From Bugula neritina (Eukaryota; Animalia; Bryozoa): a DNA stretch of 64,000 nucleotides. The notes beneath the pieces are model-generated. The model did not search any database and was not told the origin of the DNA. It worked only from the letters and a program-made list of their open reading frames with translations. The DNA is taken from contig OZ037771.1 of the NCBI GenBank assembly GCA_964035545.1, positions 7,659,190-7,723,189 on the forward strand, written 5' to 3'. The position numbers and the translations under genes were made by a program. Below are positions 10,881 to 23,991 of this stretch, in pieces (positions within the stretch are counted from its first letter, which is position 1; each line of letters begins with the position of its first letter).

Positions 10881-13800
10881 AAAAGTTGTATTTAATATTA
10901 TACTAATCTCTACAGTTTATGTAAAAGCAGTGAACATGTTATGACTCACCTGTCTGGTAATGTATGTAAGTCACAGTCCATTAGATGTAACTCTGCAAGT
11001 GACTCCATCTTTGGTATCACCTCAGGTAATGTTCCAAACTTATTACCAGACACAACTAATGTGTGTAGATGTGTGAGTTGGGAGAGACTGTAATATACAT
11101 ACAACAAACCATGACTATAATTATACAAGTTACAGAAATATTATATGGCAGATATGCAGTGAATATAAATTATTATTGCCTTGTTAATATGAATTGGGTA
11201 AGTTATTTGCATTTGAGTATTATATTCATTTTATTACTGGAGAGTGAGTATGCTGGGACTACTAGTATCAGTTATATTATACTTTATTATATGTTTACAT
11301 AATGGTAGACAATATATAACTAATATATTTCACCTGTCAGGTAATGTATGTAAGTCACAGCCCATTAGATGTAACTTTGTAAGTGACTCCATCTTTGGTA
11401 TCACCTCAGGTAATGTTCCCAACTTATTATAAGACACATATAATGTGTGTAGATGTGTGAGTTGAGAGAGACTGTAATATACATACAATATACCATGACT
11501 ATAATTATACAAGTTACAGGAACATTATGTTAAACATACTATGAGGTTATATAAGGCAAAGAACATAAATAAGGACTGAGAAAAACACAGCTATCTGCCT
11601 GAAACTTGGAACTATAATGACCCTAGTTGTTCCCAACTTCAAGCTTCTCGAGCCACTGCCAATGGGCCATGCAATTTGCAGATGATGAAATGCTGTGCAA
11701 TGGATAGGCAAATAGAGTGATAGGTTAGAAGAACAGAGAAAAAGAAAATTAGAAGATACTGGACTAAAGCTGAGCAGAACCAAGACTGAGTACATGCTAC
11801 CAGTGAGAATAGATAACAAGGAGAAGAAATACTATGTCTGTACTTCTGTTTAGAATATCCATTCTGCATGGTAATGAAACCTGGTCAGTTACTCATGGGA
11901 TGGAAGACGGGATGAAGACATTAGAAATGAGACACCTAGTTTATGAGGAGCACATTGAACATGACGTGATTAGATAACAGACTGAGGTGAAACGAATATC
12001 TACAGACATGAGAAGAGACCTGCAACAGTATGGACATGTTTGCAGCAAAGAAGATGATATTAGCCTCAACTCCAATGCATAAGAATCAATGGTAAATAGA
12101 GATAAGGAAGAATCAGACTAATGGAAACATACAATATAATCTAACAAGAAATGAGGGTGGTCTAAGCTAAAAAGGTGGGAGGTTTGTTGATGAATTGTAT
12201 CCACTTTACCATTAAAGAGTTGGTATGCTGGAACTACTAGTACCAGTTCTATTCTACTCTATTACATGTTTACATAATAGTAGACTATATATAACTAATA
12301 TATCTCACCTGTCTGGTAATGTATGTAAGTCACAGCCCCATAGACGTAACTTTGTAAGTGACTCCATCTTTGGTATCACCTCAGGTAATGTTCCTAACTT
12401 ATTAAAAGACACATCTAATGTGTGTAGATGTGTGAGTTGAGAGAGACTGTAATATACATACATTAAAAACCATGACTATAGTTATCCAAGTTGTAGAAAT
12501 ATTATATTAAACATGCAGTGACCTTTTATTATTTCTGCTCTGCAAGTATGAATTGTGTCAGTTATTTGTGTTTAGGAATTCAATTTATAATTAGAGAGTT
12601 GGTATGCTAGTATCAGTTTTATTATACATATAATACATATAATTAGAATACAGAGAGAATACATACAAAATTAGCAATTAGACCAAAGTAAGTATGAAAA
12701 GACCATGCTTTTTAAGAGATTAGATGATTCAGTGTAACAAATTGCTAAATCAACAGCAGTTGTAACAATTTTCCTGTAAAGAGAATATTGAAGATGGGTT
12801 TTACTCTGTATGACCAGGTTTTGCTGCCAAGGCAGCCACCTGAGAATTACTGATTACAGAAGGAGAGTAAAAAAACTGGAGACAAAACAAGAGAAGATAA
12901 ATCTCTGTAGTTACAATTCACTTAACTTGACTCTGGTGCAAGTGAATTCTGATGCAGTATAAAACTGGCCATAGGTGTGATAGTAGCTGTAAGGCAGGCA
13001 ATAACAGGTAGGCCTAAGTAATGAAAAGTCCAACAACTACTTTGAGATAATGAGAATAAAGTATTCACAACCCTGGACTAAGTATAAAGTGATTATAAAA
13101 GCTGGAGATACAATTGAGATAATGCTGATAGATAGGAAGGTAGATCTTATGTCAGAGTGATTCTAGATTATTACTCATCTGTATATATAAACTATAGCTG
13201 TGTTCAGAACATATTAAATATAGTTGATTGTTTTACTCCGTATTTCATTACATCTAAAAATATAGAACTTTATCTCACAATTTTAGCAACTCAAACAACT
13301 TCTAGAGCACTGATAATACACTAGAAGGAACGGAGATAAAACTAATAGCAGTGAATTTACTTTGAAGAAAAGGAAACAAACCTAAGGCTACAAGTTGTGC
13401 AGGTAAAATTATATTTGATTTGTGATTTCCTTAATGAATATACAACTATCTATTTTTCTACTGGCAGAATAAATATTAAAGTTATCCCCACATGCAAGTA
13501 ATCAGCTTTGATGTGTGAGTCACCAGAAGTCATGGTTGACCTCTTCCCCAGCAGCTTCAGCTCAAACTAATATAATTCTATTCAAGTTCTATACTTTTTA
13601 AATTCAATTCTTTATGGGTCTTTATGAATTTCTTTTTAGGGGTTTGGTTGAACATAATTTAGTTTGCACTTTTTCTCATCAAGCACACAGACTTTTCCAA
13701 AATTCACCCTTTTTTGCACCCACAGCTATCATTTAAGGAAAACAGAATGACTACTCAGGTGCAGTAGGGATACGAAGGAATATTGCTGACATGCCATACA

Positions 13801-16624
13801 AGTATAACTCACTAAACACTTCAACATTCCAGTAAATAGTCAGTGAGTTACAACTGAAATACTGACAGCTAAATACACAGCTCAAGTATATATAATTATC
13901 CAAAGAGAAGTCATGCTCTAGAGGATAGAGATATTGTGACCTTAAACATGTTGATAACAAAGTGATGATAGACTTACTATTCTAAACTGTTGATACTGGT
14001 TAGCCATCCAATACACAAGTTAGTCACAAGTGGAGCAAACTCTGTAACAGCAGGTGGCAGATCTCCCTCTATCTTTAGGTCAGTGATCACATGACCTGAA
14101 CAGAGCTTCTTTATTTCCTCCTTTGTATAGCATTTTGTAGATTTGGAGAACAACCCTCTTTTGTTAATAGGATCCATACCAGAGTGCCTCCACCAACACT
14201 TGTATTTCTCTGCTAATAACAAATGATCTAGTTTTAGTACATTCGTACCTAATAATAGAGTAAATATAATATCACCTGGTTTATAGTACATCTATCTATG
14301 GTAAAATTCTAGTAGTATAAAGTACATCATTTTACTGTTGAATTACTTATATAATAATTGAAAATATAAACCAGCAGTAAACATATTCCTATATTCGAAG
14401 AGACAAACATACTAATTGTTGAGTCATCAACATGAAGATTAATAGGAATAAAACTGAGACTTTCTTCACCTTTTTATATCAGGTAGACTGAAAACAAGTG
14501 AGAAACTTATCTATTAGACAATGCTGATGTTTCCATTTAAGATTTCACATACAACATGTTGATAAGAAAACACTAGCAAGTATAAGAAATGGCCAGAATT
14601 AGAAATAAACCTGATTTTAATGTGATCTAAAAATTTATTAACAGCTTCATTGAGCTACATGCAGATAAAAGTCACAGAAAGTGTACAGAAACACCATAGT
14701 ATAAATATAGTTCAGAGAAGAAACGTAAAGGGGGATAACAAAGTCTTTATTTTTAACTTTCAAGTTGGAAGATTCAATTAAAACCTATTCGGGTATATTT
14801 AAAGAATACTGTATTCAGGTGAATATTTTACCATTCTCCAGACCAACTAATATTGTATACGGACCTGTTTGTGAGGTTGCTGCTGCTACTTCATCCTCAG
14901 AACTGGTTACTGAGTTGGTAGCCATCTTGTTTCTAGTATCAGATACTACAATGTAATACTAATGTGTGTACTATGAATAAAGTATGATATAGTATACAAT
15001 GTGTGTATATTGAGTGAAAGGGTGTGTAGAGCAAGTAGAATAGTAAACAGTAGAGAGACAGTAAAGTAAAACAAGGTGAACCAAGGAACAAATTTATTCA
15101 TAAAATTTTCGTTTATTGATCATTTTCAATATATATTTCATTAGCATTTTTAGCTATTGATAATTTATAGCATTTGATAATTTGTGACATACAGTTTTAT
15201 TCAACAAGTTTAACAGTAACTTGGCTTATATGTTTGAGACAAGATTATTGAATATTGCATAAGAGTTGGTTTAGGACAAGAGGAAATATCTAGTTTGACA
15301 ACTTAGTATATTTCATTTCATTGTTTAACAGGTACTAACTACTAGAACAAAGAAATTGATTTCTTAATAACAATGGAAACTGTGAGGACAAGCTACAATA
15401 GTATTCTAATAGTAATTTCCTATGTCTCATCTTTTACTTATGTTCACCAGAATTACCAATTTGTAGACTATTCCATTGTGTTTCATGTTTATTAACTATA
15501 CAATCATCTAACTGTTGTGGAGGTATAGACTGGTCATTAGCATGAAAAATATTTTAATGTTTCCAAGACCTCTGTACTGTGGGCATAAATACTGCAGTAA
15601 TTACTGATAATCTGATAATAAGTCTACTTTAGTTTGAACATAGACTTTCATTTAAGGAATAAACCATATTGTCTTTTTGTAACCTACTTCTTGGATATTT
15701 ACTATTGAATAGAAGTTTGTTATTGGTAACACTGGTGAACAATTCTAAACATAATATAGTGGTTACTATCTTCTGTGTTGAGAATTTCTGTTACTGTCTT
15801 TGCTACAGCAGATGTCATACAACTCAGCAAACCATGACCTCACTGTCACACCCATAGCTTTGTGAGCCAAACACTATAAATTACATTTCCATCACTGTCT
15901 TTACTACCAGTAATCATAATACAAATCATTGTGACAACTATAGCTCTGCTAGACAGATACCAAAAACTAGATCATTGTCAACACTGTGACTCTGCTAACC
16001 AATCATTGGATATTAGAAACACATATATTTTATTGTTGAATTATTGGAACCCGCCACACAGAAAGTAATATTAAAAATTAATAACAACTTGCATCTATTG
16101 TGATAAATATCAGAGGTTTAGGCAGTTGTTTTTGGTCCTGACTCTGCAGCATTAGGTATTTTACCTGCTCTAAAAAACAGGTTTCAGTTCATATTTGAAA
16201 GTTCACTACGCAAATTCCAGTATAACCTTCCTTGACAGGTGTTCGAAGTGTGTTGCAGCCAAGCCAAGTAAATCCTAACAATAAACCGCCCCCAAAAGCT
16301 AACTCAAAAGCTACAATTCAATACTACTCATATCAAATATAATTTAAAACAAGTCATACTCATAGTGAATGCTAAACTCGATGACACGTTCACTTTGATC
16401 ATCAATTACTTATCAAAATTAATAAAATAATTTCACCAATCAGAATAATATCACTATCATGACGATTATAATTATCAACATCAATACGAATATCTTCGTA
16501 TCCATCTTTATATTCAATACTCCTATTAACTAATGGGTTATTCATATTTTCATTTTCATACTGCTATTCACTATCATATTCATACTCAATTTCACATTGC
16601 TTCTCATTCTCGGACTTCAAACTC

Positions 16625-16860
16625 AAAGTGAAACTGAATACTTTTCTTCGAGATAAAACTGCAATGTATGACACTTACATTTTCACTTGACAAATCTTGT
16701 TAAATCCTCAGTTTTGTAGTAACATTCTGGTTTGAATTGTAGTTAGTATAGCGGTGGGACAGCTGAATTAGCTTCCTCATCCTCCTATTATCCACTGACC
16801 TGATTTCAAGGACTGCCGGAAAACGCCTACAATAACAGGAAACAGGTTAGCGACGGCTTA
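16625..16860 (-). promoter_or_regulatory. Probable promoter / non-coding first exon of copy A (homologue about 39426-39670)
   Basis: Conserved GTAAGT donor at 16673-16678 (B 39478-39483), acceptor just upstream of the ATG, CCGGAA (ETS-like) and AAAGTGAAACTGAA (IRF-like) motifs. Confidence 0.45.
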
Positions 16861-18409
16861 AATGGGGTTGGTGACAAATGTAGTCTTTTTAAAAGTTGGC
16901 AGGCGTTAACAGGTCGCTAACATTTAGAGAGAAGGACTTTATTTAGGAACTGAGCCGATATAAACAAAAAGCCGATTCTGATGACAAGAAAACATTTTAT
17001 ATATGCAATATGCAACAACACCAGTGTTACATATTTTCAAGAGAATAGTGCATTTGTTATAATTTACTTAAGCATTCAATGTTTTGAATGACATTACTGG
17101 TAATGTGTAGGGTAGACTATCACATTTTCACATCTTTGATTATGTTATAGTGGTAATTTACTATTTAGATTTAGTGGCCAACTTTGGCTGGCATACAATA
17201 TTGGCTGTCTGCACAATATGCAATATTATTACTATCTGCATGGACTTCAGACTGTCCTACCAGCAGACAGCCCATATCAATAAGCTGAATAGATGAATAG
17301 ACACATTTACATTTATTATTGCAACAGCTTGACTTTACTCTTTATAATTTGGATTACATAATCATTAATGATTAGGATTATAAATACTTTCAATTCATAT
17401 CTCTGCTGTCTAGAAAGCAGAGTTTGACGACCTGCAGTAATAATATAGTTATATTAATGAGTGTGGTGTATGTGTGGCTTGAATGAGAATGAAAAGTATA
17501 AAAGGGAGTGTGTATGAGAGAGAGAGAGAGGAGGAGGAGAGATAGAGTGAATGAAGAGATTGAAGATTGTGCAGATAATGCATTAAGCTATATGAGTGAG
17601 TGCTAGCCCAAGAAGTTGACTAGGGAGCACACACAGACAAATACCCCAACCCGGAGACGCCACTATACCCCTACAGACTGACGGGAGCTGGAGTCACCTC
17701 GCAGCCAAGCCAAGCAACCCGTGCCTGTATGCTGAACTTGAGCTCACCTGAAGGCTACAACCCAATTATATTATTCGGTGAGTTGCAATAGCTAAAAACT
17801 CCATATCCCGATATAACGATTATGAATATCCCTTACTACTTTGAGTATCACAAGAAATGTTTTTGTTTTGTAAATGTAAAGTATAAAAACCTTTCATTTG
17901 AATAAATATATTTTTGGTATAATGTAGATGTTATTGAAATATTTTTATTAAGGGTACATTTTAGTTACCAGCTCTAAGCTGCAACTGCATAGCCAAGTAC
18001 AGCTGTACTTTACTTTACTAAATTTTACAAAATAATTCACAATTCATGCACATCTTACTGGTAAATACATACACTCCTACATCTTACACAGAATGGAAAT
18101 GTTTATGCAACTCAATAGATTCGCCTGTGGTATATGTTGAAGTTATCTACTCTTGCATTTTATTGAATATTTAATAGAACAGTATGCTTGTCTCCATGCT
18201 GCCTTGCTATAGATAATTGGTTCTATTTCGTTTGATTAAATGGCAGCATTTATTTCTATTTTAAATTTTGAGGAGTTTTGATTGGACGCTGTAACTATCC
18301 TTCTGCCAATCTACTTGTGAGTAACCAGGCTGCAGTTTGTGTTTGTCTCATTTCTCTTTTGTTCTGTTTGTGTAACCACTCTGTCACCCTTCCTTAACAG
18401 CTGCACCAG

Positions 18410-19558
18410 TAATTCTGATGCCAGTATTTTCCTTTGCCCTTCTTCATGTGACCACATATACCAAAACCCTACTAGATGTAAGTATGCTATGGGCTATTCT
18501 CTCTCTACTGCATATTATGGTCACTGCTGTGTTATAATTGCATATAGTATAAAGTGGTATATTGGTTACGCTGTCATTCTGATAAAATGTGTATACTGTC
18601 TGCTATACAGTAGTGCTCACTATTGAGGCTGTATACTTACCTCTTCCTTACAGTGTGTGGGACCTCAGTCTATGGGACTCATTAGAAGGCTGATTGAGAA
18701 AATTGATATCAAGCAGAGAGATCTACTCAAACTAATAGCCACTGTTGAAGTTACTCTTATGCCAGTTACACTAATGCTTGTCTTTAGGTGAATTTCTTAT
18801 CTCAGTTCTAAATGTAAATCCAACTCCAGTATTGGTTATAATAAATATCTAATAGACAACATAAAATAGTGAATGGATTTCATAAACTTTGCACTTGCTA
18901 ATTGCTTTCTATATTGTCTATTCATAAATATATAAAAACACTTTTGATCTCGTATTCCTACAACATCTCCACCTAATGTCATGTAATGTCCTGATTTCAG
19001 TGGCGCTGCCTCTATAATGCTGCCCTTTGGCTACTACAGATTCCTCTGTCTCAGGTATACTTCCATCAGAAACCCCTATACCAGGTGAGCTCCTCTCTAA
19101 GTACTTTCATATGCAAGTGTTTTATATTTGAATTATTGTCAATTGTTCTAGTTCTAGTTTTAATGTGGTAATTTATAAACTGCCATGTTGTCAATGTACA
19201 CAGTGTAATCTCACTTTATCTATTAGTAGTAAACAAGTGTATCTTGCCTACAATCAGCATATACTGAGTGTTGACATCCTCCGGAGATTTCTAGTGACAA
19301 GAAAGACAACTCTTGTGACTCTCCACATAAGATTGGAATTGTATTGTGACATACAATATGTATTTGAATTATACTCACTGAGCATATTGTTACTTTCAAC
19401 TTACTATCATGTGCTGTAGAACCGTGTTCAATGAGATGAGACTTTTGGGTGAATATCTATCTCGGCATCCCAAGTGTCCAGCATTTGCCAGCTCCGTGCT
19501 CCTCAAAGTGATATCCTTTACCTGTAGGATGGCTCCGGTCACCGCCACACCTTCATGA
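18410..19558 (+). pseudogene. TMEM33: TMEM33 (Pom33 family) 3' half: four intact exons, N-terminal exons not found
   Basis: Exons 18410-18477, 18654-18787, 19001-19084, 19420-19558 splice to ILMPVFSFALLHVTTYTKTLLD...LLKLIATVEVTLMP...PFGYYRFLCLRYTSIRNPYTRTVFNEMR...CPAF...RMAP. This matches the TMEM33 C-terminus as I recall it (YYRFLTLRYSSRRNPYCRTLFNELR). Confidence 0.85.
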
Positions 19559-21118
19559 ATCCGTAGGTTTGAGAACTTAGTCTTTTAAACTATCTCTTGT
19601 CACTATATGAGAACTGGTGCTTATTTTGGTCAAAAATTTAGTTCAGTTTCAATACTTCATAAATTTCGCTTTTTACTATTTCCCAAGTTTACTACATGAA
19701 TCATGACTGCTCGCACATATTGATATGAACAGTAATTCTCTCGAATGGGGTATGCCAAAATCAAATTCAGATTTAGGCTAACAGACTCCTATCTAGCCGA
19801 TATATTACCTGTGCCATTTTTATTGGTGCGATTTTTACCGGACACTAATAAATACATATGGAATTTGGAAATAGGCCTTAATTAATAATATATGGAGAGT
19901 TTTGACAGAGACACTGAACTTTCTAGTGGCCTTTTTGGTGGCTCAGGGTTATTTTACGGCCTTTTCCCAAAAAAGGTTGAGCACCCATGTATTAGAGGCT
20001 CTAAAAGTGCTAATTGATTCAACTACTCAGTTTTTAAGGTGTTTATATAGTGTTTTGTCAGATTTCTTGAGCTGTTTGTGGTATAAGCGTTGCATACAAG
20101 ATCATTGTTATCACATTATCTCCTTATTTAGAGAAGATAACTTCACATCGTCAGATATTTGCTAACAAGCTGTTTTTAGAAGCACCCTGGCTCTATTTTA
20201 TCATCTTTTTTTATCATTTTCATATGCCCAGTGAATTCTAACTATTTTTTTATTTTCTGATTTTGCAGATCATGTTTGGAAGTTGCCTTCACCCTGATGC
20301 TAATACTGAGGCAGAGGTGCTGCACTAGGATGTTATAATGATATGAATAATAATGTTTACTGCAAAATGAAAATATACCAGTCTGTCTTGCATCTTTATT
20401 TCAGTTAACTATTTTCCCACATATATTGAATGATGACAGTTTCATGTTCAACATACCACCCTCTTATATTAATTATTTTGTAAACCTTTTCTCACATTTG
20501 ACATGTTTTTATGATTTATTACCTACTATAAAAGATGTTGAGATTTTGAAAAATTTATGAGGTTGAAGTTTTGTCTGCCGTAGTCATGCATAAATATTTT
20601 ACTAGCAGTTTTATGAAACGCTTAGCTTCGAGTTTGATGGACTTACATGCTACCTTGACATAGATATTACCCCATCTCCACAATGCTTATTAGGAAACTG
20701 CAGCTATTTGCAACATAATTATAAAGTGCAATATATTTATTTCGTGAATAAATGTGCTAGTAAATATGAGTAAATAATGTTAGCAATCATATAGTAATAG
20801 TGTATACATACAAAATCATTTGTCACTAGACTAAGTGCATGAGCTATGTATATGCAGAAGCATATATACATAGTATAGCAAAAGTATAAAATTGTAAATA
20901 GCAGTAAATATGTATATTCATAGTTCGCAGGTAAAGTATATCACATAGCAGTATATAGAGTGTCACATGTATAGAGCATGTAGTAAAATATAATACCACA
21001 TGCAAGGTTTAGATACTGTAGTCAGTATATACATAATATCTGTATTAAATGTGTATATATGATATAAATAGTGTAGTACCATACTCTACATGTCCACACA
21101 GGGATGTGGGAGCTCAGT

Positions 21119-23991
21119 CTACCACTCTCCATAGAATAAAGGAAACAAGTAAATCTTCCTTCTACCAGTGAGAGTATTTATAACCACAGGAGTCTGTGTC
21201 ACGTAAACAGTTGGATTTCTTTCTCTCCTTTTACCAGATATTTTCCTCACTCTGTGCTTCACCTTTAAATATTTTAAAACTAAATATATGCTGTTGTTTG
21301 CAGACATCAAAATTTTTATTTTTTTAAAATATACTAGATGGAAAACTAGAACAAATGTTATTCAAATAAAATATCAAGAAATTCTGTTCTAACAGAGATA
21401 ATAGAAAGGTATCAAATCTGAAAAAACATAATATAATGTGCAGGAAGCTTATAAAAAGTATTATATATGAAATAGAGAACTCAGTAAAGCTCATTCACTC
21501 TGCATCTTATACTATGACTATATCAAACTGCGACTATACTATACTATTACATGACGATGTTATACTATGACTATACTATACTATGACTATACAATAACAT
21601 GACTATAATATTACACTATGACTATATTATACTATGACTATACTACACTATGACTATAATATACTATGACTATACTATGACTATACTATACTATAACTAT
21701 ATTATTCTATGACTATATTATACTATTGTAGTAATTTGTGCAATTACTGAGCGTGAGTTATTTACTTGCGTATAGTTAGCTGGTTATTCTGCTATCAATT
21801 ACTAGGGTAGCTGTCGAGTACTTATATTTATTATCCACAATAAAGCATAAAACAAACATCACATCAAATTATCCTATACAACAGTCAACTACTAACACAT
21901 GTTACTACTTTAAGCCTCCGCTTACAACAACGTGATATAATGTTAATAACCCGGGAAGTGTCACGTGAATCGGAAGCATATCTTCCGGAGCTGCTAATTG
22001 GTTGCTACATAATGGTCTAAGTATTCCAAAAGTAGGGAGAGGACGATTCCCGTATTTGTACTTTGCACTACTCACTACACCATGACTATACTATACTATG
22101 ACTATACTATACTATGACTATATTGTACTATGACTATATTATACTATGACTATAATATACTATGACTATATTATACTATGGCTACATATTATATTATGAC
22201 TATATTATACTATGACTATACTATAACTAGTCACTACACCTATACTACTGTGACTACACCACACTGACTAATATGAAAACAGCCTCCTCTGAATAGGAAT
22301 TGATGTCACAGGAAGTTACTCACAATATCAAATAAGTCAGCAAGATCACGATGACAGCCATGTCTGTGTAAAGTCCTGACAAGTGTTCTTATCAATAATG
22401 AGCCACCGTAATCAAACTTCATAGAAGCACTGTCTATTAAAATAACACAATGAGTTGAATAGTAAATATTACACAGTGTAAAGTAACAGTGAGTGACACT
22501 ATCCAGTAAAAACTGGTGAGAAATGCTAATTGAAAATTTGAAAATTGGGTTATTTCAGCAACGAAAGGTATATCTTGAGAAAGTCACATGACTGGTGGGT
22601 TTCAAAACTACTTGATGGTGATTGGGAGTTGTGGCCCATGGTTTAGGTGAAAAGGGATTAACCACACAGAATTGTTTGTAACTTAATCGTCTCACTTTAA
22701 ATTAAAAACATTCAGCTAGAGAAAATACTTAGCCGAGTATTTTTAGGCAGCAGAGTATAAACTGTACAGACTAGTGTATCACAGATTACATGAAAACTAG
22801 ATAACTGTAACTCACACACAAATGGTCTATGTACTCAGTTCAGGTTTATGAAAGGTCATGTGATTAGACAGCACACCACAGCTGCTACCTGCTCTTTTTA
22901 TTCTATTTGTTACTAATTTTCAATTGAATAATGGATTTGCGTTTAAAATTTTGGCCGATAACACCCTGAGCAAACTTTATTAATAAAATTATGACAATCC
23001 TAAAATGATGCAAGAAATATTCGTTTCTTTCGGTGGACAAAATTCTTACTTTCAAAGCATGAGTGAAGGATTAGAAGGTCGTCAACATCAAAGTTCCTCT
23101 GTCCAGTTGAAGTCTCAGCTTCCTGTTGATGAGTTTTGAGAGCAGAAAGTTCTGGTGAGGAGGAGTTGGTACTCTGTTGAATATTCTGCTCAGTTTGACT
23201 GACTGAGTTACCTGATTGATTAGTAACACATGTGATATACCAACCAGTATTCTATGTATATGTATGAAGACTAGAGTATCATATAATACAGTATTACAAT
23301 AGTATAATATATTCTTACTCGTATCATATCTACACTCACCAACTCTGCACGCCTGAATAACCACAACTTTAGGCTTGCCGGCCATGTTGGGAAAATTTGT
23401 AGAGTTAATGAGACTGTAGATCTGTGTTAGATAGACTGGCTGTGAGTCAACTCCATGAATCATTCCATTAGCTCCGTGTGCAAACAGAAACAGGAAGAAC
23501 ATACCATAAGTGTTATGAATCTCATCTCTTGTCTCTGATTGAATACACTGGAGTATCTCCTGTATATGAATATAACACAACACACACAATATACAAACTC
23601 AAGCAAGCATATTTGTCACATCTCGTACTAGCCTCTAGGAAGTTAGCTCCGTGAAACAAAAGTTAGCCTAAAAGCGAAGATTCTGCATTTCCCGAACTTG
23701 ATAACTGATTCAATAGACAAGTCTGCAGGCTATTATAACAGTGAAGTGAGACATTAACCACTATTAACTAGTCACACTACGTGATAAGAAAAGGGAGACA
23801 ACTACAAGTAAATAGAAATATACCTCAGCTGTGAGATCCTTCTGCTTCACAACCTCAAATCTCATCTTCCTGAACAGAGCAAATGTGTTGTCAACATCAT
23901 AACTAGAGCCAAGTCTCTGTCCTATATTTCTATACTTGTTGTTGTTTATAATCAGAGCTCTTCCTCTGAATGGACTCGTCATCTTGTATAT
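21119..23991 (-). CDS. Caspase exons, copy B (5 exons, complete p20+p10)
   Basis: p20 motifs plus p10 exons SASMKFDYGGSLLIRTLVRTLHRHGCHRDLADLFDI (22324-22433, absent from ORF track) and VKHRV...QTPVVINTLTGRRKIYLFP. Confidence 0.9.

Larger units (their letters stand above)
6413..12446 (-). repeat. Six 138-bp double-LRR cassette exons of copy A
   Basis: Each is ACAG|T CTC TCY...GAC AG|GTGA, 46 codons (2 x 23-aa LRR), phase 2-2; adjacent pairs spaced 383-384 bp with conserved intron flanks. Confidence 0.92.
261..14925 (-). pseudogene. LRR-Roc-COR-caspase gene, copy A (in-frame TGA in COR exon; last two caspase exons lie left of the window)
   Basis: Phase-consistent exons: 14832-14925 (ATG, MATNSVTSSEDEV), 13978-14248, LRR cassettes 12309-12446, 11334-11471, 10950-11087, 9765-9902, 9382-9519, 6413-6550, Roc-COR 2900-4824, 2731-2799, 2399-2571, caspase 1308-1472, 551-770, 261-422. 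TGA at 3093-3095 where copy B has TGG. Confidence 0.8.

Noticed and set aside
13520-13566. Extra small exon conserved between A and B
   Set aside because: In the required phase it reads into TGA immediately, and the flanking exons already join in frame
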